This document shows positions 19,598-29,435 of a stretch of DNA of 41,070 bases, piece by piece. This stretch comes from an uncultured archaeon. Lineage in GTDB: Archaea > Asgardarchaeota > Lokiarchaeia > Sigyniarchaeales > SOKP01. How positions within the stretch are numbered: position 1 is the stretch's first letter; each line of letters opens with the position of its first letter. The notes beneath the pieces were generated by a model, which was given only the letters and a program-made list of their open reading frames with translations, was not told the origin of the DNA and did not search any database. A program made the translations under genes and the position numbers. The stretch is from the NCBI GenBank assembly GCA_964447495.1, contig CAYUTF010000021.1, forward strand, positions 1 to 41,070. Direction: 5' to 3'.

Positions 19598-20731
19598 TCA
19601 TTTCAAAAAAAAATCTTTTTGTAAATTAGATAATCTTTCACAACCTGTCTTTGTTATCCTATAACAATCTTCAATTCCAACTAAACCCTGATTTTTATAG
19701 TTTTGCCAAACTTCGATATCTAACACCATATTTTCTTCAAAAGGCCTATCTAAGGTTTTCATTGGACTAAAGAGATGAGTCTCCTCACATTCTAATCCAA
19801 TACTATGTCCTGTAATATAACAAAATCCCCGTTTTGTCAGTGATTTATAAAATTTTTTCCCGCTGTCATAGAGTTCTTTCATATTTATTTGAGGTCTAAT
19901 ATGGTCTACACAGAATTCTTGTACTTGAATCATATGATCCAAAATTTGTTGGGCCCCCTCGGGTATTTCTCCTAAAATTACATGCCGACTTACATCAGAG
20001 ACGTACCCCTTCCATATTGTCCCTATATCAAAGCGTGCAATATCTCCGCTTTTCATAACAGTTCCAATTCCAGGAGCTTCTGGGTCTGATGAACCAATGC
20101 CTAAAGTAAGATGATCCCAACCTTCTGCTCCTTCATCTATTATTGTACTCCGAGCGATTTTCAATAACTCTATATCGGTTATCCCCTCGTAAACTTCATC
20201 GATCATTGCTAAAATTGCCTTTTCTGAAATTGCTGTCGACTTTTTTATGCGTTTTATCTCTTCCTCTGACTTAGTTAACCGCATATCTAAAAAAGCTTGA
20301 TCACCATAGATAAAATTTGCATTAGGAAATTTCTTACATAAATATTCATATTGATATACTGGCATTAAGGATTCATAGGCGATTGTCTTTTCTGCTAATC
20401 CCCACTTTTCAATTCTATCAGATACTTCGACCATCGCGGCTTTTGGTGAAGCAATCCCGCTCACATCATTGACCCAGCAAAATTTATCAATACTTCTATA
20501 AGTTATCCACGTAATTAAACTTAGTTCTCCATCGCTTGTTATTAAAGAAATGCTCGGAAATTGATTAGACAACACATATAAGATTGGATTGGGAGCTACG
20601 TGTAAGGTAGGCAACCCCGTTGTATAAAAAACATTTACTGGTGATGACGCTATCAAGACATCAATATTATATTTACGTAAAATTTTCTGAGCCTTTTCTT
20701 TACTGTATCCAATAGGTTGCATTTTGTTCAT
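19598..20731 (-). CDS. M24 family (Xaa-Pro peptidase/creatinase-like) hydrolase
   Basis: NVFYTTG N-domain, R.TKSEEEI, RFDIG, YVSD, GHSIGL, DIE, GIED. Confidence 0.85.
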   Translation of the reverse strand: MNKMQPIGYSKEKAQKILRKYNIDVLIASSPVNVFYTTGLPTLHVAPNPILYVLSNQFPSISLITSDGELSLITWITYRSIDKFCWVNDVSGIASPKAAMVEVSDRIEKWGLAEKTIAYESLMPVYQYEYLCKKFPNANFIYGDQAFLDMRLTKSEEEIKRIKKSTAISEKAILAMIDEVYEGITDIELLKIARSTIIDEGAEGWDHLTLGIGSSDPEAPGIGTVMKSGDIARFDIGTIWKGYVSDVSRHVILGEIPEGAQQILDHMIQVQEFCVDHIRPQINMKELYDSGKKFYKSLTKRGFCYITGHSIGLECEETHLFSPMKTLDRPFEENMVLDIEVWQNYKNQGLVGIEDCYRITKTGCERLSNLQKDFFLK

Positions 20732-20758
20732 TTAGATTGCATTTAATTAACTTGTCAA

Positions 20759-21112
20759 TTACTCAAAATCCATAAAGATTTCTAATTTTTGAAGAGCATT
20801 CATGTCTCCTTTTGTTTTCAGCTCTCCTTCCATAAAGGCTTCCATTGGGTCAACCTCACCCGTTGCTATTCCTACAAATAAGTCAGATTTAGTCTCCAAG
20901 CTCATTTCAGAGTTTTCATCAAGTCCTTCTTCTAATCTAACTTTCTTGTCCTGAAAAATCATCTTGATTTTATAATTAATATCAGAAAAGATAAATTGCA
21001 TTGTTTTATTAAATCCTTCAAATTCTTGGGCAACTTCGGGATTATCAACTAGTTTTACCCATTTGTTTAATGCTTGTTTAACTTCTTCTTTTGTAGCCGT
21101 TATATTCACCAA
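20759..21112 (-). CDS. SCP2 sterol/lipid-binding domain protein
   Basis: GEVDPMEAFMEGELKTKGDMNALQKL is the SCP2 C-terminal signature. Start is uncertain (TTG 21112, GTG 21109 or ACG 21100). Confidence 0.85.
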   Translation of the reverse strand: MVNITATKEEVKQALNKWVKLVDNPEVAQEFEGFNKTMQFIFSDINYKIKMIFQDKKVRLEEGLDENSEMSLETKSDLFVGIATGEVDPMEAFMEGELKTKGDMNALQKLEIFMDFE

Positions 21113-21232
21113 TTATTTAATTTTAATTTATCTACAATAATTAAAAGATAATATTAATTGGTCAAGATAATTAATAAACGTATCATAATGTAGGGATATT
21201 TACAGCTTTTACTATCTTAAATATAATAGAAA

Positions 21233-22015
21233 TTAGCTTTTTAATTTTAAAAGTAGGTCTTTGGGATATTTTGCTTTAAACCATGGCATACTTGAGAACC
21301 AATGTGATAAAAGCCTAATTACCAATGAAGGATTATTCTTTTTTAAATTACTTTTTTTAAAGAATACTCGTCGATATTTTTCAGCATAACTCCAACCACG
21401 TAATAACAAGCCTCTTCGCCTTGTCGAAACCCTATATGCTAATTTGGCTTTATTTATAAACCAATATTGAGTTCTATGACATTTAAGTAAATTATCTATC
21501 AATTCTAAACTGTCTTTATTAAACCCAAATAAAAAATTAGGATTTAGAGATCCATAGAAATATAATTTAGGTTCAAAATCAATTAGTCTATGGTTTATTA
21601 TGTAGTAAATTGCCTTTCCTGTATTTATATGATCCCCGTGATAATACCAAGTATAAATCGCTTCAGGAGCAAAAATAATATCAGGTCTTTCTGCTTTGAG
21701 ATAATTTGTAATTGATTGTATTAATTCATTGTTAAAAAAAACAAGCCCATCAACAAAACCAAGAAAGTTAACATTTTCGGGGAGTATATCATGAATGGCT
21801 AAGGCATTATATAATTCTTGTGTTCTGATTCTTGCCAAGAACTTCCCCTTAAACTTGTCATATTGAAACCCAGGAAGTCCAAATTCTCCTTTTGTAATCG
21901 AAACAATCTTTATCAGATGCTTTTTTTTACTTCCCGTTGCAAGAAAATGGATAAGATGCCCACAATTTAACTCTAAATCATCAGGATGAGCTTGAAAAAA
22001 GATTAATTTTACCAT
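21233..22015 (-). CDS. PIG-L/LmbE family N-deacetylase
   Basis: AHPDD, TKGEFG, R..E, DG, HGDH, HRTQ motifs. Confidence 0.88.
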   Translation of the reverse strand: MVKLIFFQAHPDDLELNCGHLIHFLATGSKKKHLIKIVSITKGEFGLPGFQYDKFKGKFLARIRTQELYNALAIHDILPENVNFLGFVDGLVFFNNELIQSITNYLKAERPDIIFAPEAIYTWYYHGDHINTGKAIYYIINHRLIDFEPKLYFYGSLNPNFLFGFNKDSLELIDNLLKCHRTQYWFINKAKLAYRVSTRRRGLLLRGWSYAEKYRRVFFKKSNLKKNNPSLVIRLLSHWFSSMPWFKAKYPKDLLLKLKS

Positions 22016-22067
22016 AATGACTTAATGTAATATTTTCTATAATTTTTTTTCTATCATATGAGAAAGT

Positions 22068-22955
22068 CTACTTTATTTTTTCGATTTGTGTCTGTCTTCT
22101 CCCTAATAAAAATGAACTTATTACCACTAATGTAATCCCAATTATTAGGAAAGCAAGTGAGAGGTAATTTGGAATAGGGAGCAAAAATACAGCGATATAG
22201 TAGAAAATTGGAGCAATTTGAATTGGAACTTGCTGAATTGGAATCAAATTACTAGCCTGCCCTTCTTTAAATGCTTTTTGAATTGATGATGTACCAAGAA
22301 TATTCGTTAGGATTAATATTGCGAGAGCTAGAAAAAAAAGGACAATCTCCAATAAAACAGCTTTTCCTCCAAAAACCGATGCTAAAATGCCCATCAAAGG
22401 CCCAATCCAGAAATTAGATAACGCAAATTGAAATCCAGAATAAATTGATAATGAGATCCCCTTAGAAATATTCCTCTTTTGCATAATGTATACAATTAAG
22501 GCTAATAAATAAATCACACCTGTAAAAAGAATAATACGAATGAATAAACCTACTTCTAAAAAATCCTGTTGGTTTAAATCAATATTCATATTGCTAAATC
22601 CTATAAAAGCTATTGCTATAATCATTAAAACAATCCCTATCATCTCTAAGAATTTTAAATGCTCTCCAACTATTCTAACAGCGCCAACTGCTAACACAAT
22701 CAAGCCAGCACCCATTAAACCAGGTATAAGAGTTGGTCCAATAAACATTTGTGCTATTAGAAAAAATATTGCCCCTACGCCTAACTGCAATATTAATCCA
22801 AACAGCCATAATGGATTCTTAACTAAATTTTTAAAAAATTTTGAGTCCTCTTTGTATTGATTTACAACTTTTTTCTGTAGCACTGTTCCATAATTATTTG
22901 AAATCCCTGATGCTATTGCCATGAACACTCCTAACCAGTAAAAAAAAATATCCAT
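22068..22955 (-). CDS. DMT superfamily transporter (NIPA/EamA-like)
   Basis: About 9 TM segments; GTVLQKK, NPLWLFG, QKAFKEG. Confidence 0.75.
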   Translation of the reverse strand: MDIFFYWLGVFMAIASGISNNYGTVLQKKVVNQYKEDSKFFKNLVKNPLWLFGLILQLGVGAIFFLIAQMFIGPTLIPGLMGAGLIVLAVGAVRIVGEHLKFLEMIGIVLMIIAIAFIGFSNMNIDLNQQDFLEVGLFIRIILFTGVIYLLALIVYIMQKRNISKGISLSIYSGFQFALSNFWIGPLMGILASVFGGKAVLLEIVLFFLALAILILTNILGTSSIQKAFKEGQASNLIPIQQVPIQIAPIFYYIAVFLLPIPNYLSLAFLIIGITLVVISSFLLGRRQTQIEKIK

Positions 22956-23135
22956 AATATTTTATGAATTTAATATAATTTATTTATATTCTACTTCGAT
23001 TCTAGCCAATATAAAATTATATGTTCTTCTTGAATTATATTTGATAATATCCAAAAAGACTGTAAAAATCAACTTTTTATGGTTTTTTTAATTTTACAAA
23101 TAAATTAGCCTAGAGATAATAATATAAGAAATATT

Positions 23136-24341
23136 TTGATAGGAGCAAAAACCAAAGTCCTACTTCTTGTTGTTTTAATGGCAACAGCTTTAAGGAGTAT
23201 GGGCATGAGTATTGTGGATATTGGCTTACCATCCTTTGTAATAGACTTGTCTGGATCACTTACATCATTTGGAATCATTATCGGAATATTTTCAGTTACT
23301 CAATCTATTTTTCAGTTCCCATTTGCTAGCATATCAGATAAATTTGGTAGGAGAAAGATTGTTATAATTGGTATGGGAATTTATGTCATCGGTACGTTTC
23401 TTTGTTTTTTTGCGCAAAATATTATCCAATTAATAGTTTATCGGGCAATCCAAGGTGTTGGAGCATATACTTCTATACTACAAGCGATTATTGGTGATAT
23501 ATACAATAAAGAGCAGCATGGAAAAGGAATGGGCTATTATTCATTATCCATGAATGTTGGTTACTTTATTGGAATTGTTTTAGGCGGCTTAATCCCCGGA
23601 ATATTTGGATTTCGTAGCATATTTTTAATATCAGGAATTTTAACCTCAATAACAACCTTTTTGATATTTATTAAATTTAAGGATAATGCTCAAATCGAGG
23701 AGACGGGAAACTGTTTCAATCCTAATAAGATAAAAAATCTTGATTTTAGGTTGGATAATATTAAGACTTTGTTAAAAACCCATCAATATAATATTGCAGT
23801 ATTATTAAATAGTGTTCGCTGGTTTTTATTTGGTAGTATCGTCGCGTATCTAATTTGGGTTTTACAAATTCAATTTAAATTTAATGAAATTGAGACTAGT
23901 TATATATTGATTATAATTGTCGCATTATATGTAGGGTTTGTCTTTATTTCCGGGAGAGTTTTAGATAAACAAGGTCCAAGAAAGCTAATGTATATAGGAC
24001 AATCTATTGTAATTGGCTTTGGATTAGTATTTTTTGTGGAGCAAATGGCCTTGAATGTATATATTTTTCTTATTGCCACTACTTTTATTGGTATAGGGAT
24101 TGCACTCTTTGATCCCGCCGGTAATGCTTTATTATTGAAAGTTATTGAGGATATCGACCCTAAGTTAAAAGGTTCAGGTATTGGATTTAATAATGCATTA
24201 GGGTTTTTTGTGAGCGCTCTTGCTCCGATAATCATCTGTTTTTTAGGAGATATGAATGTTTTTTATCCTTTTTATCTTATTTTGTTATTAATGGCTATTT
24301 CTTTGATTATAACTCTAAAGTATGTTGGTAAACAATATTAA
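23136..24341 (+). CDS. MFS transporter
   Basis: Motif A SDKFGRRK, RAIQGVG, second-half DKQGPRK, about 12 TM. Confidence 0.9.
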   Translation: MIGAKTKVLLLVVLMATALRSMGMSIVDIGLPSFVIDLSGSLTSFGIIIGIFSVTQSIFQFPFASISDKFGRRKIVIIGMGIYVIGTFLCFFAQNIIQLIVYRAIQGVGAYTSILQAIIGDIYNKEQHGKGMGYYSLSMNVGYFIGIVLGGLIPGIFGFRSIFLISGILTSITTFLIFIKFKDNAQIEETGNCFNPNKIKNLDFRLDNIKTLLKTHQYNIAVLLNSVRWFLFGSIVAYLIWVLQIQFKFNEIETSYILIIIVALYVGFVFISGRVLDKQGPRKLMYIGQSIVIGFGLVFFVEQMALNVYIFLIATTFIGIGIALFDPAGNALLLKVIEDIDPKLKGSGIGFNNALGFFVSALAPIIICFLGDMNVFYPFYLILLLMAISLIITLKYVGKQY

Positions 24342-24354
24342 GACCTATTATTTC

Positions 24355-24759
24355 CTAATCCCCTTGAATTTGTATATATCCTTTCCTGTTCCGGGGTCCA
24401 TCAAATTCAGCAAACATTATACCTTGCCACGTTCCAAGCATCAACTTTCCCTGATGTATTAAAATCTCTATAGAAGGTCCTATTAAACTTGATTTTATAT
24501 GCGCATCGGAGTTGCCTTCCATATGAGAAAATCCTGAATGTTTCGGAATAAGCTTCCCTAAAAAATTAACTATATCTTTCATTACAGCTGGGTCTGCATT
24601 TTCATTTATAGTTACTCCCGCTGTAGTATGAGGGATAAAAATTCGACAAACTCCCTCTTTAATTCCTGTTTCTCGAACAATTTTGTTTATGTTATCCGAT
24701 ATGTTAATTAAAACTTCTCTTTTAGGAGTCTTTACATTAAATTCTTGGAATGTAATCAT
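24355..24759 (-). CDS. yjbQ: YjbQ / UPF0047 family protein
   Basis: HTTAGVTINENADP, EGNSDAHIKSSLIG, LGTWQGI, EFDGPR. Confidence 0.92.
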   Translation of the reverse strand: MITFQEFNVKTPKREVLINISDNINKIVRETGIKEGVCRIFIPHTTAGVTINENADPAVMKDIVNFLGKLIPKHSGFSHMEGNSDAHIKSSLIGPSIEILIHQGKLMLGTWQGIMFAEFDGPRNRKGYIQIQGD

Positions 24760-24798
24760 AAGATTTTATAAGTAAATAACATATTTTAATGTTAAATT

Positions 24799-25428
24799 AT
24801 GAATAAAACAATGAGTTCTGTTGAATTATATGAAGAATATATGCGAAAAATAGGGGATAGATATGAATTATTTTCGCTATTGAGAAAAGAATTTACTATT
24901 GAGAGTGCTTTATATCCCGGAAGTCACATTGATATTACTCCCTCATTTTTTTACCGCAAAACAACTTATATAGATAATTTTAGAGGTGCTGCAAGATTCT
25001 TTGCGAAACCCGATTTATCAAATCTCATTCTTGATTATAAAAAATATGAGGAAGAACCGATTTTAAAGTTTTATTTTAGGGATTATAGGAAAGAAATTAA
25101 AGAGTTGGATAAGAATTTCGACTTGCTAATTTCATTATATGCTGGTATTGTATCGAAATATTGCAAGAAATATTTAAAACAAGAAGGAATACTCTTAGTA
25201 AACAATTCACATGGGGATGCAAGTATGGCACATTTAGACCATGATTTCATCTTATATGGGATAATTTATCAATCTAATAAGAAATTATATTTTAGCAGGA
25301 AAAATTTAAAAGCGTATTTTGTTCCAAAAAAAGAAAGGGATATTAATATGGAGTATTTAGAAAAAAGGATGAAAGGAATTGGTTACAAAAAAACTGCTAA
25401 TTTCTATTTGTTTAAAAAAGTAGGTTAA
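24799..25428 (+). CDS. Hypothetical protein, possible class I SAM-methyltransferase-like fold
   Basis: ALYPGS (motif I-like), YID, FDLLISLYAG, LKQEGILL. Confidence 0.55.
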   Translation: MNKTMSSVELYEEYMRKIGDRYELFSLLRKEFTIESALYPGSHIDITPSFFYRKTTYIDNFRGAARFFAKPDLSNLILDYKKYEEEPILKFYFRDYRKEIKELDKNFDLLISLYAGIVSKYCKKYLKQEGILLVNNSHGDASMAHLDHDFILYGIIYQSNKKLYFSRKNLKAYFVPKKERDINMEYLEKRMKGIGYKKTANFYLFKKVG

Positions 25429-25435
25429 ATATTTT

Positions 25436-26197
25436 CTAAAATTTTCCGTGTTTTCCTTTTCCTTGTGTAAATTCATCGCTACCTTTAAGATATTCTCCAC
25501 TTTCTAAGGTTATTAATCCATATTCAAATTCTCTTTTTATAGCATCGGTATAATCCAACCCAAATTGCTCATAGGCAGATAGTCGATCATTTTTCATACA
25601 TATTTGAGGAAATTTTGAAATCTCTCTGGCCAGTTTCTCTGCTTCTTGTCTTGATTGACCTTTATCAACAATTCTATTTGCTAATCCCCAATGATACGCT
25701 TCTTCTGCAGTTACAGGTCGTCCTGTTAATATCATATCCATCGCCCGGCTCAGTCCAATCAATCTGGGAAGCCTTACGGTGCCACCATCTATTAATGGAA
25801 CGCCAAACCGGCGACAGAATACTCCAAAAATTGCACTTTTTTCTACTACTCGTAAATCACACCACAGTGCTAACTCTAATCCTCCTGCGACAGCATAACC
25901 AGATATGGCAGCAATAACAGGCTTAGATAAAATCATCCTCGTAGGGCCCATTGGACCATCTCCCGCAATTTCGATCCGATTACTCTTCCCTTCTAAAATT
26001 GCTTTAAGATTCGCTCCAGAACAAAAAATCCCTCTAGAACCCCATAGAACTGCAACAAAAGCGTTTTTATCATTATCAAATCGTCTAAATGCACCCGCAA
26101 GCTCTTGAGCAGTATTTCTATCTACTGCATTTTTTACCTCAGGATTGTCAATAATAATGGTATAGATTGGATAGTCAACTTCAATTTGTATTGGCAT
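25436..26197 (-). CDS. Enoyl-CoA hydratase/isomerase (crotonase) family protein
   Basis: FCSGANL, KPVIAAISGYAVAGGLELALWCD, LTGRPV.AEEA..WGL. Confidence 0.92.
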   Translation of the reverse strand: MPIQIEVDYPIYTIIIDNPEVKNAVDRNTAQELAGAFRRFDNDKNAFVAVLWGSRGIFCSGANLKAILEGKSNRIEIAGDGPMGPTRMILSKPVIAAISGYAVAGGLELALWCDLRVVEKSAIFGVFCRRFGVPLIDGGTVRLPRLIGLSRAMDMILTGRPVTAEEAYHWGLANRIVDKGQSRQEAEKLAREISKFPQICMKNDRLSAYEQFGLDYTDAIKREFEYGLITLESGEYLKGSDEFTQGKGKHGKF

Positions 26198-26246
26198 AAG
26201 AACAATAGAATTCTAAATTAATTAAACTTAATACAAAAAGTCTTTT

Positions 26247-26912
26247 TTAAGCTTTCTCTCCTGCGATTCCATGTAATATAAGATCAATAGAGTGTTTGAG
26301 ATAGGTTTCTTCCTTAATAGCATACATCTCTAATAGAAGGTGATATTCCGGAGAAATCTGCACCGTTGCCTCAATAGCAGCACCTAAAAACATCACAGTC
26401 TGAATAGGATTTAAATCCTTCCTAACTGTGCCATCTTTAATTCCTAAACTAACAGCATTGGTTAATATTTCAAGTAATTCTTTTGTAAGGTTAATGTATG
26501 TTTCAACATCCTCTATCATGTTGCTCTCTTCCTCACTTTCTTCAAGCATCTTGGTAAAACGTGGTGATCTAGATGAAACATTCAACCTATAATAATTAGC
26601 ATGAAGTTGGATATAATCATAATATGCTTCTATTATGGCAATTATCTTCCTTAAACCAGTTACTTCCTTTTCTACAGCTTTATTAAAAGTATCTCTTAGG
26701 ATTTTCATCCCTTTTATTACAACAGCAAAATATAAAGAAGCTTTATTTTTAAAATATAAATATAGTGTTGCCTTAGAAAGCTCTACATCGTCAGCGATAT
26801 CATCCATAGAAATCTGGTCATATCCTTTCTCAAAAAATTTCTTTTCTGCAGCATCAAGGATATCATTTCGTCTCTTTAATTTTTCTCGTTCTCTTCTAGA
26901 TAATTTAGACAT
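26247..26912 (-). CDS. TetR/AcrR family transcriptional regulator
   Basis: ILDAAEKKFFEKGYDQISMDDIA...SKATLYLYFKNK HTH. Confidence 0.93.
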   Translation of the reverse strand: MSKLSRREREKLKRRNDILDAAEKKFFEKGYDQISMDDIADDVELSKATLYLYFKNKASLYFAVVIKGMKILRDTFNKAVEKEVTGLRKIIAIIEAYYDYIQLHANYYRLNVSSRSPRFTKMLEESEEESNMIEDVETYINLTKELLEILTNAVSLGIKDGTVRKDLNPIQTVMFLGAAIEATVQISPEYHLLLEMYAIKEETYLKHSIDLILHGIAGEKA

Positions 26913-26980
26913 TTTTTTATAACTTTTATCTTCTTAAATCACTCTGAGATATTAAAATAATTGCTTATCAATAGAATTTA

Positions 26981-27907
26981 TTATTTTAGTATTTTTTGAT
27001 TCGCTATGTCGTTTACTCGCGCATAAGGATGTGGGTATCTCCCATTGTCTTTAGTATAAGATTTCATATAAAATTTGGAATATATTTGGATTGCATGGTT
27101 TGGACAGAAATTTAAACAAGAATAACATAGATAACAATCGACTTTACTATTCCATGAGGGTTTTCCATCAAAAATTCTAATTTTTTGTGAGGGGCAGACT
27201 TTTTCGCATATTCCACATCCAGTACAGCTTGACTCAACATAAAAGTAATTTCTCACCTTAGGGGCAAATCGATGGACAGCAAAAGGAACGAGTTTTTCAA
27301 GTATAAAGTTGAGAATCTTATAACGAGAGAATGTAACTCCATCTATGTTATCATGATGAGCTCTTTGAAATTTTAAAACTTCTTGAATTGAATTGATCTT
27401 TTCTTGTACCCCCTCTTCAATCCTATTGAATTCCTGTGCAGATGGAAGATAAAATGATCTTAACTTTGGGTCATTCATTCCCATATTAATAATGAAACTT
27501 GAGTCTAAATGTCTTCCCTGCTGTTTAAGTATTTTATTCATTTTTGAAAATCCACGGAAGATCGTTCCTCCACGAGTGACAACAGCAAAAATGTAATTTG
27601 TTGATAATAAGTCAAGTCTTCTTAGAATCTTTTCTACTGGAACTGGTATTGTTAATCCATGGCAAGGGAAAACAAATCCAACTTTTTCTGCATTTATTTT
27701 AACTTTGAGTGTTTTTTCATCTGTATTTATTTTTCCTAGAATTGCCGCAATTGGAATAAGTTTTGAATGAGATAATACACGATTTAACTGTTTTGCAACA
27801 TATAGCGAATTTCCAGTTCCTGAAAAATAATAAATTTCGGTTTTACTATGTTCAGAAACATCATTTTTTGAATCATTACTATAAGTCATATAATTACTAA
27901 CAGTCAT
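26981..27907 (-). CDS. EFR1-type flavodoxin-like + 2x[4Fe-4S] ferredoxin protein
   Basis: YYFSGTGNS, GFVFP, CTGCGICEKVCP and CYLCYSCLNFCP, RYPHP. Confidence 0.88.
   Translation of the reverse strand: MTVSNYMTYSNDSKNDVSEHSKTEIYYFSGTGNSLYVAKQLNRVLSHSKLIPIAAILGKINTDEKTLKVKINAEKVGFVFPCHGLTIPVPVEKILRRLDLLSTNYIFAVVTRGGTIFRGFSKMNKILKQQGRHLDSSFIINMGMNDPKLRSFYLPSAQEFNRIEEGVQEKINSIQEVLKFQRAHHDNIDGVTFSRYKILNFILEKLVPFAVHRFAPKVRNYFYVESSCTGCGICEKVCPSQKIRIFDGKPSWNSKVDCYLCYSCLNFCPNHAIQIYSKFYMKSYTKDNGRYPHPYARVNDIANQKILK
27875..27907. promoter_or_regulatory. Tandem pseudo-palindromes ATTACT-N3-AGTCAT (27875-27889, 27893-27907), candidate TetR operators
   Basis: Two 15-bp units with identical arms at 18-bp period, about 25 nt downstream of a minus-strand TTTAAATA box. 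Confidence 0.5.
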
Positions 27908-27977
27908 TAAGTAACCAATATTTACTTTTTATTTAAATGTTTGGATCAGAAAATAGAAATTAAGAAAAAGAATATAT

Positions 27978-29153
27978 TCAATTGAGATTTAGAGGATATT
28001 TTCGAAATTTTTCGATTGCAGCCCTCAGAGCCATCAAATTTTCCCAGGGCACATTTAAAAGATCATGACTAGGACCAACAAAATATCCCCCTCCATGAGC
28101 TGCTGCATTGATACAACGTTTAACTTCATTTGCAACATCTTTGGGAGATCCAAAATTTAACACACGACTTGAATCTATCCCACCCATGAAACAGAGGCGA
28201 TCTCCCAGAGTTTTCTTTAAGTTAGCTAAATCAACTTCTGCCGCAGGTTCAAGTGCTTGAATGCAATTTAGACCTGCATTCACCATATCTGGCAGGTTTT
28301 TATCTATGTATCCACATGAATGTTGTACAATAAATATACCTCGTTTCTTGCACGCTTGATAGAGCAGTTTATAATATGGCAGAATAAAGGTACGAAAGTT
28401 TTCAAGTGATAGTATTGAACGTTTTTTATACCCCAAATCATCTGGATAAAATACAATATCGACCCCTGCTTCGGATAAACGCTTAATAATTTCTATATTA
28501 GTTTTTGTATATTCTGTGAGTACTTCATGGATAAACTGTGGATTTTTTCGCATTAGATAAGCACCGCGACTCATGGTCATTCCTTCAAATAATGATTCAT
28601 GAAGGTTAACTGGCAACTGTACCATGGGATATAAATAATCCTTTAGACTGATAACAAAATCATCCCAAATTTGAGGGCTATAATTAAGTTTATCATTAAT
28701 TAACTCTGATGGTTTTCCATATTTATTCCAATATGAATGTAAAATTTCCGGATTTTGAAAATAGCCCCCTACATACCATAAATAATTTAATCCCGTGTCT
28801 ACTTGTTTTACATATTTGTATAATGTGCCATTGATAGTATTTATCAGTAATTCTGGATATTCTGGTGGTCCTTTTTTCACACTAATCTTTATTTTTTTAG
28901 AACCCCAAGGATCTATAGCATAACAATCTACATTTAAGAATCGTAAATCGGTGATATCCCCCGCCCAGCGATATCTGATTCGTGAGTAATTGTTTTTAAT
29001 AAACGTTTTATGATCTATGAATTCCTTTTTTTTAATAAAGGTTTGATAGGAGATAGCTGTTTTTTCGAAACCCGAATAATGAATAGGAACCATGTCTGGT
29101 TCACCATCAAGTTCAAGAGTTTTTAGGACTCGTTCTCTTTTTGATAAAACCAT
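27978..29153 (-). CDS. Uroporphyrinogen decarboxylase / MtaA-CmuA superfamily protein
   Basis: LSKRERV...EPDMVP, DDLG, QHSCG, QALEP, GGID, GGGYF.GPSH. Confidence 0.85.
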   Translation of the reverse strand: MVLSKRERVLKTLELDGEPDMVPIHYSGFEKTAISYQTFIKKKEFIDHKTFIKNNYSRIRYRWAGDITDLRFLNVDCYAIDPWGSKKIKISVKKGPPEYPELLINTINGTLYKYVKQVDTGLNYLWYVGGYFQNPEILHSYWNKYGKPSELINDKLNYSPQIWDDFVISLKDYLYPMVQLPVNLHESLFEGMTMSRGAYLMRKNPQFIHEVLTEYTKTNIEIIKRLSEAGVDIVFYPDDLGYKKRSILSLENFRTFILPYYKLLYQACKKRGIFIVQHSCGYIDKNLPDMVNAGLNCIQALEPAAEVDLANLKKTLGDRLCFMGGIDSSRVLNFGSPKDVANEVKRCINAAAHGGGYFVGPSHDLLNVPWENLMALRAAIEKFRKYPLNLN

Positions 29154-29370
29154 GATTAATACATCAAATGTAATTTTTGTATTAATAAGATTTTTTAATT
29201 GATAATTAAACCAATTAACATTATCCTAAATTTAATGATCATTATTATTAGAAGAATGTAAGAATCCAAAGATTTATTTTCAATTTGTGTATATATATGG
29301 AGAAGATATTGAATAAATATTCATTTTAGTTTTATTATCATATCATTATTTCAAATCTATAAAAACCTTT

Positions 29371-29415
29371 GAATAAACCCATGTCTCCCAAGGAAGGGAA
29401 CTGGAGGTTTTACTC
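29371..29415 (+). other. GC-rich bulged stem-loop in an AT-rich intergenic region
   Basis: AAACC..CA.GT.TCCC / AAGGAA loop / GGGA.AC.TG..GGTTT pairing. Confidence 0.4.
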
Positions 29416-29435
29416 ACAAAAAAAGGTGATAAAAA

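Noticed and set aside
29310-29323. TGAATA-AA-TATTCA inverted repeat
   Set aside because: Short and AT-rich; expected by chance at this composition
29371-29415. Hairpin as a Lokiarchaeal SECIS element
   Set aside because: Lacks the AUGA/GA quartet, and no in-frame TGA read-through candidate was found. The TGA codons at 18400, 19598, 27978 and 34571 end complete proteins
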